Shown piece after piece: positions 8,757 through 18,773 of a stretch of 64,000 nucleotides of DNA (position 1 is its first letter; every line of letters starts with the position of its first letter). The notes under the pieces are model-generated. The model did not search any database. It saw only the letters and a list, made by a program, of their open reading frames with translations, and had not been told where the DNA came from. Where the stretch lies: contig OZ252299.1 of the NCBI GenBank assembly GCA_965250285.1, positions 5,568,001-5,632,000 on the forward strand. The letters are read 5' to 3'. The DNA comes from Myxococcota bacterium (GTDB taxonomy: Bacteria > Myxococcota_A > UBA9160 > UBA4427). Both the position numbers and the translations under genes were made by a program.

Positions 8757-11486
8757 ATGTCTGCCTCGAGCATCGTCGCGCAGCTCGGTCGCCACGTTCT
8801 CAGGGCCACTCGCGTCAGCGTGTGCGCGCAGAACGAGGCCGGTGCGTCGACGCGCAGCGAAGCGGCGGTCGATGCCGACGATGCGTCGACGCCGGTCGCG
8901 CTCGACGCCGCCGTGCTGCGCCTCGAGGTCGAGCGCTTCGAGGTGGCGCGCGCAGCGCGCCTCCGGCCTTCGGTGCGCAATGCCGGACGCGGGCCGATCG
9001 ACGTCGATCGCATCGCCGTCGTCTTCGGTCTGCCGATCGCGCCCGATGCCGACGTCGCGTTTCTGCGAAACGGCTGGCAGTCGTGGTCGAAGAACACGGT
9101 CGAGCCGCTCGGCGAAGGGGGGGATGCGCCGTTTCCATCGGGGGCGTGGCTGCGCGGCATGCACCACGCGGTGGGCGAGCGGGCGGTGGGGCGCGCCGAC
9201 TGGCACGAGTCGCACTCGGTCACGGCGATCGACGCTGGCGAGATCGCCGTGCTCGCGGGCGTGGTCGAGACCGGGCGGCAGTTCGGGCTGGTGAACGCGC
9301 GGCGCGTACGCGCCGGCGACGCCGCGGGGCTCGAGGTCGAGCTCGAGTGGGTCGTCGAGCGGCGTCTCGAGCCGGGCGAAATGATCGAGCTCGAGGCGGG
9401 GCGCGTGGCGCTCGGCCCCGAAGCGCACCGGCTGCTCGAAGACTTCGCGACGGCGTGGGGGCAGGCGGCCGGCGCGCGCACCGCAGCGCCCTTCCAGGCC
9501 GGTTGGTGCAGCTGGTACCACTTCTTTCACGACATCACCGAGGAGGCGCTGCTGCGCAACCTCGATGCGCTCGCGCGACGCCGCGACGAGCTGCCGGTGG
9601 CCCTCGTGCAGCTCGATGACGGCTATCAGCGCGCGATCGGCGACTGGCTCGAGACGAACGAGAAGTTTCCGAGTGGGCTGCCCTTCGTGGCGCAGCGCAT
9701 CCGCGACGCCGGGTTCGAGGCGGGGCTCTGGACGGCGCCGTTCTCGGCGGTACGTCACAGCCGCCTGCTCGAAGCCCACCCCGACTGGGCGCTGCGCGGC
9801 GACGACGGTGAGTGGCTGCGCGGCACGCTGATCCCGCAGTGGTCGCCCGAGGGCTGGTGCTACGCGCTCGACCCGAGCCATCCGGCGTTCGCGGAGCACG
9901 TCGAGGCCGTGCATCGCGAGATCGTCGAGATGGGCTTCACGTATCAGAAGCTCGACTTCCTCTACATGGCGGCGATGCGGGGCCATGCGCACGACGCAGG
10001 GCTCGGCCGGGCCGAACGCCTCGCCGCCGGGCTCGACGCCGTGCGGCGGGGCGCGGGGGAAGATGCGTTCTTGCTCGGGTGCGGGTGCCCGATGGGGCCC
10101 GCGGTCGGCCGGGTCGATGGCATGCGCATCGGGCCCGACGTCGCGCCGACGTGGGGTGTCGAAGCCGAGAACGTGATCCCCGGCATCGAGCCGGCGCTGC
10201 CGGCGACCGGGGCGGCGATTCGCAGCGTGGCGACGCGTCTGTTCATGCATCGGCGCCTCTGGTTGAACGATCCCGACTGTCTCATGGTGCGCCAGCGCGA
10301 GACGCAGTTGACGCCGGATGAGATCGGCTGCCTGGCCGATGCGATCGGGGCGAGCGGCGGGATGGTCGTCTTCAGCGACGACGTCGACCTCGTGGGCGTC
10401 GACGATGCCGCGCGCCTGCGCCAGGTGATGGAAGACGCCGAGCGGGTCGACGCCGCTGCACCGTGGGGTGCCGCGCGGCTCGCGAGTGCGCCGAACGACG
10501 GCGCGGGGGGCGCAGGGGACGCCGCGAGTGCGCCGAACGACGGCGCGGGGGGCGCGGGGGACGCCGCGAGTGCGCCGAACGACGGCGCGGGGGGCGCAGG
10601 GGACGCCGCGAGTGCGCCGAACGACGGCGCGGGGGGCGCGGGGGACGCCGCGAGTGCGCCGAACGACGGCGCGGGGGGCGCGGGGGGCGCGCCGTGTGCC
10701 GCGATCGAAGCCGACGTCGGTCGCGGGCTGTGGCGCGCGAGCCTGAATCTCGCCGACGCGCGTGCGACCGACGGACGCGCTTCGCTGGCCCCTCATGCGA
10801 GCCGCTTCGAGCGGGGTGAAACCGACCGGCCCGTCGCCGTCTTCTGCGACTTCGACGGCACGTTCATCGACCGCGACATCGGCGCCGGGCTCGCACGACG
10901 ACACCTCGCGGCCGCCCGCGACGCGCTCTGGAGCCGCTTCGAGGCCGGCGCGCTCGATGCGTGGACGTACGCCGTCGAGCTCTTCACGGGGTTCGAGCTC
11001 GCCGAGGCCGAGCGCCTGGCCTTTCTCGATGCCGTCGAGATCGACCCCGGCGCCGAGCGTCTCGTCACCCTCTGTCGCGATCAGGGCTGGCGCTTCGAGG
11101 TGCTGTCCGACGGCTTCGACGCCAACATCGAGCCGCTGCGCGCCCGCTTCGGCTTCGACTTCGCGTACCGCGCCAACCATCTCGAGATCGGTGACGACGG
11201 CTGGCGGCTCGCGCCGGGGGGGCGGCCGGTGGGCTGCGCCTGCGGCACGGGCACCTGCAAGCGTCGGGCGATCGAGGCGCTGCGCGCCGAGCAGCCCGAC
11301 GCGCTCGTCGTGCACGTCGGCAACGGTCGCGTGAGCGATCTGTGCGGCGCGCTCGAAGCCGACCGCGCCTTCGCGAAGGACACCCTCGGCCCCGCGCTCG
11401 ACGCGGCCGGTCGGGCCCATCTGCGATTCGAGCACCTCGGCGACGTGGCGAATGCGCTCGAAACTTGGTGGGTCGACGGGCGCTGA
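8757..11486 (+). CDS. GH36 alpha-galactosidase fused to a C-terminal MtnX-like HAD phosphatase
   Basis: GH36 motifs GWCSWY, QLDDGYQ, GLWTAPF, KLDFL, MRIGPD, NDPDC; then HAD motifs DFDGT, LSDG, CGTGTCK, GNGRVSD, FAK, all in one frame. Confidence 0.85.
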   Translation: MSASSIVAQLGRHVLRATRVSVCAQNEAGASTRSEAAVDADDASTPVALDAAVLRLEVERFEVARAARLRPSVRNAGRGPIDVDRIAVVFGLPIAPDADVAFLRNGWQSWSKNTVEPLGEGGDAPFPSGAWLRGMHHAVGERAVGRADWHESHSVTAIDAGEIAVLAGVVETGRQFGLVNARRVRAGDAAGLEVELEWVVERRLEPGEMIELEAGRVALGPEAHRLLEDFATAWGQAAGARTAAPFQAGWCSWYHFFHDITEEALLRNLDALARRRDELPVALVQLDDGYQRAIGDWLETNEKFPSGLPFVAQRIRDAGFEAGLWTAPFSAVRHSRLLEAHPDWALRGDDGEWLRGTLIPQWSPEGWCYALDPSHPAFAEHVEAVHREIVEMGFTYQKLDFLYMAAMRGHAHDAGLGRAERLAAGLDAVRRGAGEDAFLLGCGCPMGPAVGRVDGMRIGPDVAPTWGVEAENVIPGIEPALPATGAAIRSVATRLFMHRRLWLNDPDCLMVRQRETQLTPDEIGCLADAIGASGGMVVFSDDVDLVGVDDAARLRQVMEDAERVDAAAPWGAARLASAPNDGAGGAGDAASAPNDGAGGAGDAASAPNDGAGGAGDAASAPNDGAGGAGDAASAPNDGAGGAGGAPCAAIEADVGRGLWRASLNLADARATDGRASLAPHASRFERGETDRPVAVFCDFDGTFIDRDIGAGLARRHLAAARDALWSRFEAGALDAWTYAVELFTGFELAEAERLAFLDAVEIDPGAERLVTLCRDQGWRFEVLSDGFDANIEPLRARFGFDFAYRANHLEIGDDGWRLAPGGRPVGCACGTGTCKRRAIEALRAEQPDALVVHVGNGRVSDLCGALEADRAFAKDTLGPALDAAGRAHLRFEHLGDVANALETWWVDGR
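10482..10691 (+). repeat. In-frame 42-bp tandem repeat x5 (ASAPNDGAGGAGDA)
   Basis: gcgagtgcgccgaacgacggcgcggggggcgc[a/g]ggggacgcc repeated; copies 1-4 alternate gca/gcg. Confidence 0.95.
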
Positions 11487-11645
11487 CGCACCTGCCCGGG
11501 ACCAGGCGAAAGATCAATCGTTTCGAGTGGTTGCGAGGGGCTGAGCGCGGGCCTCCGCGCACGGCGCCGGGCGGACATCCGGGCTAACGTCGGCCCGCTG
11601 TCACCCCCCGCAGACCCCCGTCCGCACCGCTCGAGAGACCTCACC

Positions 11646-13040
11646 ATGGCCCCCGCAACCGAAGCTCCCTCGCGGCCGCAGTCCGCCCGCCGACGCGTCG
11701 TCGTGGTCGGCGCCGGCCTCTCGGGTCTCGCCGCGGCCTGGCGCCTGCAGCAGACCGGTCTCTCGGTGCAGGTGCTCGAGCGTCGGCCGCGCGCGGGCGG
11801 ACGCATCGACAGCGCCTGGTCGAGCGGCTTCTGCCTCGATGCCACCCTCGAGCCGTGCACGACCTTCGATCGCCACCTGATGGCGATGATTCGTGAGCTC
11901 GGCCTCGCCGATCGGCTGCTGCCCCTGCGACCGACGCAGCTCGCCCAGGTGTACCGCGCCGGCGTGCTGCCGATCGATCCCCAACGACTCGGCGGCGTGG
12001 CGTCGATCGCCGGCGTGTCGCGCCTCGACGCGCTTCGCCTGGTGCGCTGGCGCCGGCTCTTCGCCCGCTATCGCCAGCTGCTCGAGCCGACCGCGCCTGA
12101 AAGGGCAGCCGATCTCGATTATCGAAGCGCCAGCGACTTCGCGCGCCTCTACTTCGGCGACAGCTGCTTCGAGCGCTGGATCTCACCCGAGGCGACGAGC
12201 CTCTACGGCGGGGATGCGCACGAGCTGAGCCGCGTGGCGTCGCTGCTCTGGTGGGTGCGCGTCGGGGCCGGCCGCGACCGCAGCGCCGTTCACGGCGTCG
12301 CGCGCGAGGGCCTGCAGGCGCTCGTCGACGAGGCGGTGTCGCGGCTCGACGTGCGGACGGGCGTCGAGGTCGTGCGCGTCGGCGAGTCGAAGAAAGGCGG
12401 GCTCGCCCTCGAATGCGCGACGGCCGACGGCCGCCGCGGCAGCCTCGAAGCCGACGCGATCGTCCTCGCGACGAACCCGCACGAGGCCGGTCGCATCGCG
12501 AGCACAGTCGTCCAGCCCGCCGAGCGTGACGTCCTCGCCGAGATGAAGGCGGGCCCCGCTGTGACCCTGGCCGCCGCGATCTCGAGGCCGCTCTCGGGCA
12601 TGCCCCAGCTGATTCGCGTGCCGCACGTCGAGCGACACGCCATCGACGTCGCGCTGATCGAGCCCGGCATGGCCGGTGGTCGGGCCCCCGTCGGGTCGTG
12701 CACCGTGACCCTGCGCGCGAGCGACGCGTTCGCCGAGGCGAACGTCGGCGCCGGGGACGACGTGCTCGAGAAGGGCCTGCTCGACGCGCTGAACCGCATC
12801 GCGCCCGACGCGGCGGGTCACGTGCAGCAGACCCGACTCACCCGCCGCATGCAGGGCCTGCCGCGCTTCGAGGTCGGTGCGTACCGCGCGCTCGCGCGCT
12901 TTGCGCGCGTGCAGGCCGATCGCCGCGCCCTCGGTCGCCGGCTCTACTTCGCCGGCGACCACTTCATCGGCCCCGACGCCGAGTCGGCCGTGATCAGCGG
13001 CGAGCGCGCCGCACGCGACCTGCTCGGCGATCTCGGCTAG
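11646..13040 (+). CDS. FAD-dependent oxidoreductase (HemY/protoporphyrinogen oxidase-like)
   Basis: VVVGAGLSGLAAA...LE...GGR dinucleotide-binding motif; C-terminal YFAGDH...ESAVISGERAA. Confidence 0.8.
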   Translation: MAPATEAPSRPQSARRRVVVVGAGLSGLAAAWRLQQTGLSVQVLERRPRAGGRIDSAWSSGFCLDATLEPCTTFDRHLMAMIRELGLADRLLPLRPTQLAQVYRAGVLPIDPQRLGGVASIAGVSRLDALRLVRWRRLFARYRQLLEPTAPERAADLDYRSASDFARLYFGDSCFERWISPEATSLYGGDAHELSRVASLLWWVRVGAGRDRSAVHGVAREGLQALVDEAVSRLDVRTGVEVVRVGESKKGGLALECATADGRRGSLEADAIVLATNPHEAGRIASTVVQPAERDVLAEMKAGPAVTLAAAISRPLSGMPQLIRVPHVERHAIDVALIEPGMAGGRAPVGSCTVTLRASDAFAEANVGAGDDVLEKGLLDALNRIAPDAAGHVQQTRLTRRMQGLPRFEVGAYRALARFARVQADRRALGRRLYFAGDHFIGPDAESAVISGERAARDLLGDLG

Positions 13041-13075
13041 GGCGCGACGCCCGACGCGACGCCCGGGGCAGCGGC

Positions 13076-15583
13076 TCAGCCCCGTCGCCCGATCACTGCG
13101 ATCGTCACGCCCTCACCGCCCGCTTCGGGGTCGCCGCTGCGCAGGTCGGTGACGATCGGCGATGCGCCGAGGTGCTCGCGCACCGCGGCGCGCAGTGCGC
13201 CGGTGCCGTGGCCGTGCACGATCTCGACCTGGTCGAAGCCGTCGGCCGCGGCGCGGTCGAGCGCGGTGTCGAGGGCGTCGAGGGCCACAGCGACGCGCTG
13301 GCCGCGCAGGTCGCAGCGCGTCGAGCCGCCGGCCGACGCGTGATCATCCGGCTCGGGCTCCGAGCGCACGAAGCGCACGCGCTCGTCCTTTTGACCGCGC
13401 TGACCTCCGCCCGGAGCGAGCGAGAGACGCGCGGCGTCGACCGTCAGCCGGGTGCCGCCCGCCTGCACGCGGACCCGACCGCCGCGGTCTGGCAGCGTCT
13501 CGAGCACGCCGTCGCGGCCGCCGGGCACGCGCACGCGGTCGCCCACCTGCATGCGCGTCCAGTCGATGGGGCGCGCGCCGGGGTCGGGCTGCTTCGGCTC
13601 GGGCTCGGCGGCGATGCCGCGCTCGGCCGCGTCGCGCTCGGTCTGCTTCTCGATCTCGAGCAGGCGCTCGCGCACCTCGGCCGCCTTGCGAGCGGTGCCC
13701 CCGCGCTGCAGCGCGCGAATCAGCGACGCGACCTCGGCGTGGGCCTCGCGGAACGACGCATCGAGCTCGTCGCGCATCGTGCCGTACACGCGGTCGCGTT
13801 CTTCTCGCAGGGCGCGCAGCTGCGCGTCGTACTCAGCGCCGCTCGACTCGGCTTCGTCGCGGCGCGCGCGCGCCTCGGTGCGTTCGTGGTCGAGCGCGGC
13901 CCGGTCGGCAGCCAGCTCGGCGAGCGCCTCCTCGAGGCGCCGATCCTCGCGGTCGAGCAGCGCCTCGGCGCGGTCGAGCACGGCGCGCGGCATGCCCATG
14001 CGCGCCGCGACGACGGCCGCCGAAGACGGGCCGGCGGCGCCGATGCGCACGCGATAGGTCGGCTCGAGGGTCTCGGGGTCGAAGTCGACGCACGCGTTCT
14101 CGAAGTCGGGGCGCGCGGTCGCCATCTCTTTCAGCAGGTTGAAGTGGGTCGTCGTGACGACGCGCGCGCCGTTCGCGGCGAGGGTTTCGAGCAGCGCCTG
14201 GGCGAGGGCGGCGCCCTCGGCCGGGTCGGTGCCGACGCCGATCTCGTCGAGCACCACGAGCGAATGGGCGCCGGCCTCGCGCACGGTCGCTGCGAGTCGC
14301 GTCATGTGGGCCGAGAACGTGGAGAGACTCATCGCGATCGACTGGCCGTCGCCGATGTCGGCGAGCACGCGGTCGATGCAGTCGACCCGGGCGCCGGCGT
14401 CGCAGGGCACGTGCAGGCCCGCGCGCACCATCAGCGCGGCGAGGCCCATGGCCTTGAGCGCGACGGTCTTGCCGCCGGCGTTCGGGCCCGAGATGACGAG
14501 CACCGTGAAGCCGTCGCCCACGCGCAGATCGTTCGCGACGCACGCGTCCTGCGGGAGCAGCGGGTGCCGCAGGCCGGGCAGATCGAGCACACCCTCGCGG
14601 CCGACCTCGGGTGCGAGGCCCTGCATGCGCTGGCTCAGGTGGCCGCGGGCGAAGGCGAGGTCGATGCGGCCGAGCGCGGCGAGGCTGCGGCCGAGCGTGT
14701 CGGCGTGCTCGCCCACCAGGGCGGAGAGCTCGACCAGCACCCGCTCGCACTCGCGCAGGATCGTCAGGTCGGCCTGCTTGAGCCGGTTGTTCAGGTCGAC
14801 CACGGCCTCGGGTTCGATGAAGAGCGTCGTGCCCGAGCGCGACGCGTCGTGCACGATGCCCGGCACCGAGCCGCGACTGTCGGTGCGCACGGGCAGCACG
14901 TAGCGATCGTTGCGCACGGTCACGAAGTCATCGGAGAGATGTGGCGACACGTCGGCGTGCTGGGCGTAGCGCTGCAGCTTCTTCTGCAGGTCGCCGGCCA
15001 GGCGCGCGCGGTCGCGGCGCGCCTTCGCGAGCGCCGGCGAGGCGCGATCCGAGATGTCACCGCTCGGCTCGATGCAGCGTTGGATCTCGCTCAGCAGATC
15101 GGGGCAGGGCGCGAGCGGCTCGGCCAGATCGCGCAGTCGCGGCGCTGTGTCGGCGCGCTCGTCGAGAAAGCGGCGGGTGTCGCGCACGGCTTCGGCGCAG
15201 CTCGCGACGGCGAGCAGGTCGCGCGATTCGAGTGCGCGTCCGCGCATCGCGCGCCCGAGCAGGGGGGTGGCGTCGAGGGGCAGGCCGAGCGGCGGGCGCT
15301 GCTCTTCATCGAGCAGGCGGCGTGCTTCGCTCGTCTCGTCGAGGCGCGTCTGCATGGCGGCGTGCGAGCGCGCGAAGAGGTCGCCTTCGAGGCCGGTCGC
15401 TGCGCCGGCCTCGCGCCCGGCAGATTCGGGCGCTCCGCTGTCGGCGGACGATTCCAGGTCGTCGCTGGCAGTCGGCTGCAGGCGCACCCGCGCGTGCGGC
15501 GTGCGGCACTCGTCGGCCCACAGCGCCACGAGCTCCGGCCATCCGAGCGCTTCGAGCGCCTCTTGCGTCACCTCGAAGGACAT
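13076..15583 (-). CDS. mutS2: Endonuclease MutS2 (with Smr domain)
   Basis: GIVHDASRSGTTLFIEP, ISGPNAGGKT, SLSTFSAH, LDEIGVGTDP; C-terminal DLRG...IVHGHGTGALR Smr domain. Confidence 0.95.
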   Translation of the reverse strand: MSFEVTQEALEALGWPELVALWADECRTPHARVRLQPTASDDLESSADSGAPESAGREAGAATGLEGDLFARSHAAMQTRLDETSEARRLLDEEQRPPLGLPLDATPLLGRAMRGRALESRDLLAVASCAEAVRDTRRFLDERADTAPRLRDLAEPLAPCPDLLSEIQRCIEPSGDISDRASPALAKARRDRARLAGDLQKKLQRYAQHADVSPHLSDDFVTVRNDRYVLPVRTDSRGSVPGIVHDASRSGTTLFIEPEAVVDLNNRLKQADLTILRECERVLVELSALVGEHADTLGRSLAALGRIDLAFARGHLSQRMQGLAPEVGREGVLDLPGLRHPLLPQDACVANDLRVGDGFTVLVISGPNAGGKTVALKAMGLAALMVRAGLHVPCDAGARVDCIDRVLADIGDGQSIAMSLSTFSAHMTRLAATVREAGAHSLVVLDEIGVGTDPAEGAALAQALLETLAANGARVVTTTHFNLLKEMATARPDFENACVDFDPETLEPTYRVRIGAAGPSSAAVVAARMGMPRAVLDRAEALLDREDRRLEEALAELAADRAALDHERTEARARRDEAESSGAEYDAQLRALREERDRVYGTMRDELDASFREAHAEVASLIRALQRGGTARKAAEVRERLLEIEKQTERDAAERGIAAEPEPKQPDPGARPIDWTRMQVGDRVRVPGGRDGVLETLPDRGGRVRVQAGGTRLTVDAARLSLAPGGGQRGQKDERVRFVRSEPEPDDHASAGGSTRCDLRGQRVAVALDALDTALDRAAADGFDQVEIVHGHGTGALRAAVREHLGASPIVTDLRSGDPEAGGEGVTIAVIGRRG

Positions 15584-15655
15584 CCGCGCAGTGTAGCCGC
15601 GCCGCTGGGGGGTGATTCACTCAGGGTGTGGGCCCGCCCGACCGAAACGCGACGC

Positions 15656-16504
15656 ATGCGTCCCCCCGACCTCGACGCCCCCACCGAGGCGATCCACGAA
15701 GACGCGCGTGAGCTCGATCGCGCGAGCACGGCCGACGTGCTCGCGTTGATCCACCGCGAAGACGGCGTCGCCCACGAAGCGGTGTCGAAGGTCCTCCCGG
15801 CGATCGAGCAGGCCGTCGACGTGCTCGCGTGCGTCGTCGGCGGCGGGGGGCATTGGTTCAACGTCGGCGCCGGCACCAGCGGACGCATCGGCGTGCTCGA
15901 CGCCAGCGAGATTCCCCCGACCTACGGCCTGTCGCCGCGGGTCGTGCAGGGCGTGATCGCGGGCGGCGACCGCGCGCTGCGTCATGCGGTCGAAGGCGCC
16001 GAGGACGACGACGAGGCCGCGCGCTTCGAGCTGGTCGAACGCGGTCTGGGCATCGGGGACGCCGTGGTCGCGCTCTCGGCGAGCGGCCGGACGCCCTTCG
16101 CCATCGGCGGCGTCGAGGCGGCCATCGAGGCCGGCGCCCGATCGATCGCGATCACGTGTGACCCGGATTCACCGCTCGCGCGCACCGCCGAGCTCTCGAT
16201 CTCGCCGAGCGTGGGGCCCGAGGTCGTGGCCGGCTCGACGCGCATGAAGGGCGGGCTCGTCCAGAAGATGATCCTCACGTCGCTGTCGACGGCGGTGATG
16301 ATCCGGCTCGGCAAGGTGGTCGGGCCCCATATGACGCACCTTCAGCTCGCGTCGAGCAAGCTGCAGGGCCGCGCCGTGCGCATCGTCCAGCAGCTGAGCG
16401 GCCTCGACGAGGCCGAGGCGCGGGCGCTGCTCGACGAGCACGCCGGCTGCGTCGATACGGCCGTTCGAACCGCCGCCGCCCGCCGAGCCCTGGCTGGGGA
16501 CTGA
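15656..16504 (+). CDS. murQ: N-acetylmuramic acid 6-phosphate etherase
   Basis: GAGTSGRIGVLDASEIPPTYG, AVEGAED, ASGRTP, GPEVVAGSTRMKGG. Confidence 0.93.
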   Translation: MRPPDLDAPTEAIHEDARELDRASTADVLALIHREDGVAHEAVSKVLPAIEQAVDVLACVVGGGGHWFNVGAGTSGRIGVLDASEIPPTYGLSPRVVQGVIAGGDRALRHAVEGAEDDDEAARFELVERGLGIGDAVVALSASGRTPFAIGGVEAAIEAGARSIAITCDPDSPLARTAELSISPSVGPEVVAGSTRMKGGLVQKMILTSLSTAVMIRLGKVVGPHMTHLQLASSKLQGRAVRIVQQLSGLDEAEARALLDEHAGCVDTAVRTAAARRALAGD

Positions 16505-16715
16505 GCCGCCGGCGCCCCCGATCTGCGTCGGCTGATCCCTTCGGGTCAAAGCCTCTCGATCCCGTGGAACAGCCGTCTTCGGTGGGTTCGCGCGCTCTGC
16601 CCGTGATAGGCTCTCCCGACTCCGCGCTTCCCACTCACGTCGAGATGCGGCGACGCCCGGGCCTACGCAGCCCGGTCCGACGCGTGAGTGCACGGGGCAC
16701 GATCTGGGGGAAAGC

Positions 16716-17306
16716 ATGTTCGACCGATTCGCGGTGCTCGCGATGAGCGCACTGTGTCTGCTCGTGCCCGGCCTCGCCCAGGCCGCCGACGACGACGAGT
16801 TCACGCGCCCCGGCTTCTACGCGGGCGCCGGCGCGATCTATGCGCTCGAGAGCTTCAGTGAAGGCGATGTGAGCAATAGCGCCGGCGGCTTCGATCTGCG
16901 CCTCGGCTACCGCGCGAACGAGAACTTCTCGTTCGAGGCCGAGCTCGAGTGGGCCGGCTTCTGGGACCTTCGGGCCCAGCCGCCCGAGGAAGACGACGCC
17001 CGGGTTCAGCTCTACACCCTCGGCGCGAACGTGAAGGCGGCGTACCCGCTCGGCTCGAGCGGCCGATTCCAGCCCTACGGCCTGATCGGTTTCGGCTTCT
17101 ACAGCGCGCGGCTCGACCGAGGCAACGACGCGAATCCGCCCAGCACGAGTGTCGTCAACGGCATGCTCAAGGGCGGCGTCGGGCTCGACTACTACCTGAC
17201 CCGCCACATGGTGATCCGCACCGAGGTCGCCTACAGCGCGCTCTTCGACGGTCGCTCCTCGTTCGACTACATGGGCGTCGGTCTCGGGCTCGACTACCGC
17301 TTCTAG
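16716..17306 (+). CDS. Outer-membrane beta-barrel protein (OmpA-type 8-stranded)
   Basis: Signal peptide ending AQA; amphipathic strands (LRLGYR, FQPYGLIGFG, GVGLDYY); C-terminal DYRF. Confidence 0.85.
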   Translation: MFDRFAVLAMSALCLLVPGLAQAADDDEFTRPGFYAGAGAIYALESFSEGDVSNSAGGFDLRLGYRANENFSFEAELEWAGFWDLRAQPPEEDDARVQLYTLGANVKAAYPLGSSGRFQPYGLIGFGFYSARLDRGNDANPPSTSVVNGMLKGGVGLDYYLTRHMVIRTEVAYSALFDGRSSFDYMGVGLGLDYRF

Positions 17307-17375
17307 CGCCAGACGCAGCCGCCGCGGTCATGCGCCGCGCGGCGATCGCTTCGGTCGCTTCGGGCGCACGCCGGC

Positions 17376-18773
17376 TCAGTCGAGCTTTCCGTGGAACGAG
17401 CGCGGGCGGGTCATCGACTCGAAACCCAGCGCCGACAGCGTGCAGCCGTAGCCCGAATCCTTGACCCCCGTCCAGGCGAGCGCCGGGTCGAGGTAGTCGC
17501 ACCGGTTCATGAACACCGTGCCGGTCTCGAGCTGCGCACCGATCGCGCGCGCGGCATCGAGGTCGCGGGTCCACACGCTCGCCGTCAGCCCGAACGCGCT
17601 GTCGTTCATCAGCTGCACCGCCGCATCGTCGTCGTCGACGGGCATGATGCCGACGACGGGGCCGAAGCTCTCTTCGGTCATGACGCGCATGCGGTGGTCG
17701 ACGTCGACCAGGATCTGGGGCGCGAGATACGGCGTGCCGGGCGCGTGCGCGTCGAAGGCGACCGGGTCGATCAGGGCCCGGGCCCCGGCGGTGACGGCGT
17801 CTTCGATCTGCCCCAGCACGAAGGTGGCGGCGTCGGCGCGGACCATCGGCCCGAGGTTGGTTTCGGGCTTCGTGGGGTCGCCGAGCGCGTAGCGACAGGT
17901 GATGTCGCGGGCCGCCTCGACGAAGTCGTCGAAGCGGCTGCGCTGCACGTAGATGCGCTCGATGCCGCAGCACGACTGCCCGCTGTTGAAGAACGCGCCG
18001 TCGACGAGCCCTTCGGCCGTGGCCTCGATGTTGGCGTCGGCCCGCACGTAGGCGGGATCCTTGCCGCCCAGCTCGAGGCCCGTCGTCGCGAAGTGCTCGG
18101 CCGCGGCGCGGGCGACGCTGCGTCCGCCGGGCACCGAGCCCGTGAAGGCGACGTGATCGACGTGCCCGCCGCGAATCGTCCGGGTCGTGTCGTCGTGCGA
18201 GAGATGCAGCGCCTGGAACACGCCCGCCGGGAGTCCGGCCATCTCGAAGGCATCGGCCATGCGCTCGGCGCAGAGCGGTGTCTGCGACGAGTGTTTGAGG
18301 ATGACCGTGTTGCCCGCGAGCAGCGCCGGCACGACAGCGTTCACCGCGGTGAGGTAGGGGTAGTTCCAGGGGGCGATCACGAACACGACACCGAGCGGCA
18401 CCCGTTCGATGAAGCGCTCGAAGCCCTCCTTCGGGTCGGGTCGCACCGGGCCGAGCGATGCCTCGGCGATCGCGATCATGTGGCGCGCCCGCTCTTCGAA
18501 GCCGCGCACCTCACCGGGTGTCTGCGCGATGGGCCGTCCCATCTGCCACGTGATCTCTTCTGCGATCTCGTCGGTGCGGCCGACGAAGGCGTCGACGGCG
18601 GCGCTCATGGCGGCCCGGCGCTCGCTGATGCTGTGCGCGCGCCAGGCGGTCGTGGCGCGCCGGGCGTTTGTCAGTGCGCGCTCGAGGGCAGCGCCAGTCG
18701 TCTGCTCGCGTTCGACGAAGACACGGCCGTCGACCGGGCTGCGGCATTCGAGTCGGCCGGAGGCCGCGCTCAC
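17376..18773 (-). CDS. Aldehyde dehydrogenase family protein
   Basis: PWNYP, FTGS, LELGGKDP, FNSGQSCC, EESFGP, MNDSAFGLTAS. Confidence 0.93.
   Translation of the reverse strand: MSAASGRLECRSPVDGRVFVEREQTTGAALERALTNARRATTAWRAHSISERRAAMSAAVDAFVGRTDEIAEEITWQMGRPIAQTPGEVRGFEERARHMIAIAEASLGPVRPDPKEGFERFIERVPLGVVFVIAPWNYPYLTAVNAVVPALLAGNTVILKHSSQTPLCAERMADAFEMAGLPAGVFQALHLSHDDTTRTIRGGHVDHVAFTGSVPGGRSVARAAAEHFATTGLELGGKDPAYVRADANIEATAEGLVDGAFFNSGQSCCGIERIYVQRSRFDDFVEAARDITCRYALGDPTKPETNLGPMVRADAATFVLGQIEDAVTAGARALIDPVAFDAHAPGTPYLAPQILVDVDHRMRVMTEESFGPVVGIMPVDDDDAAVQLMNDSAFGLTASVWTRDLDAARAIGAQLETGTVFMNRCDYLDPALAWTGVKDSGYGCTLSALGFESMTRPRSFHGKLD

Noticed and set aside
10482..10691. CRISPR array
   Set aside because: Head-to-tail repeats with no unique spacers, in frame within a CDS, and no cas genes.
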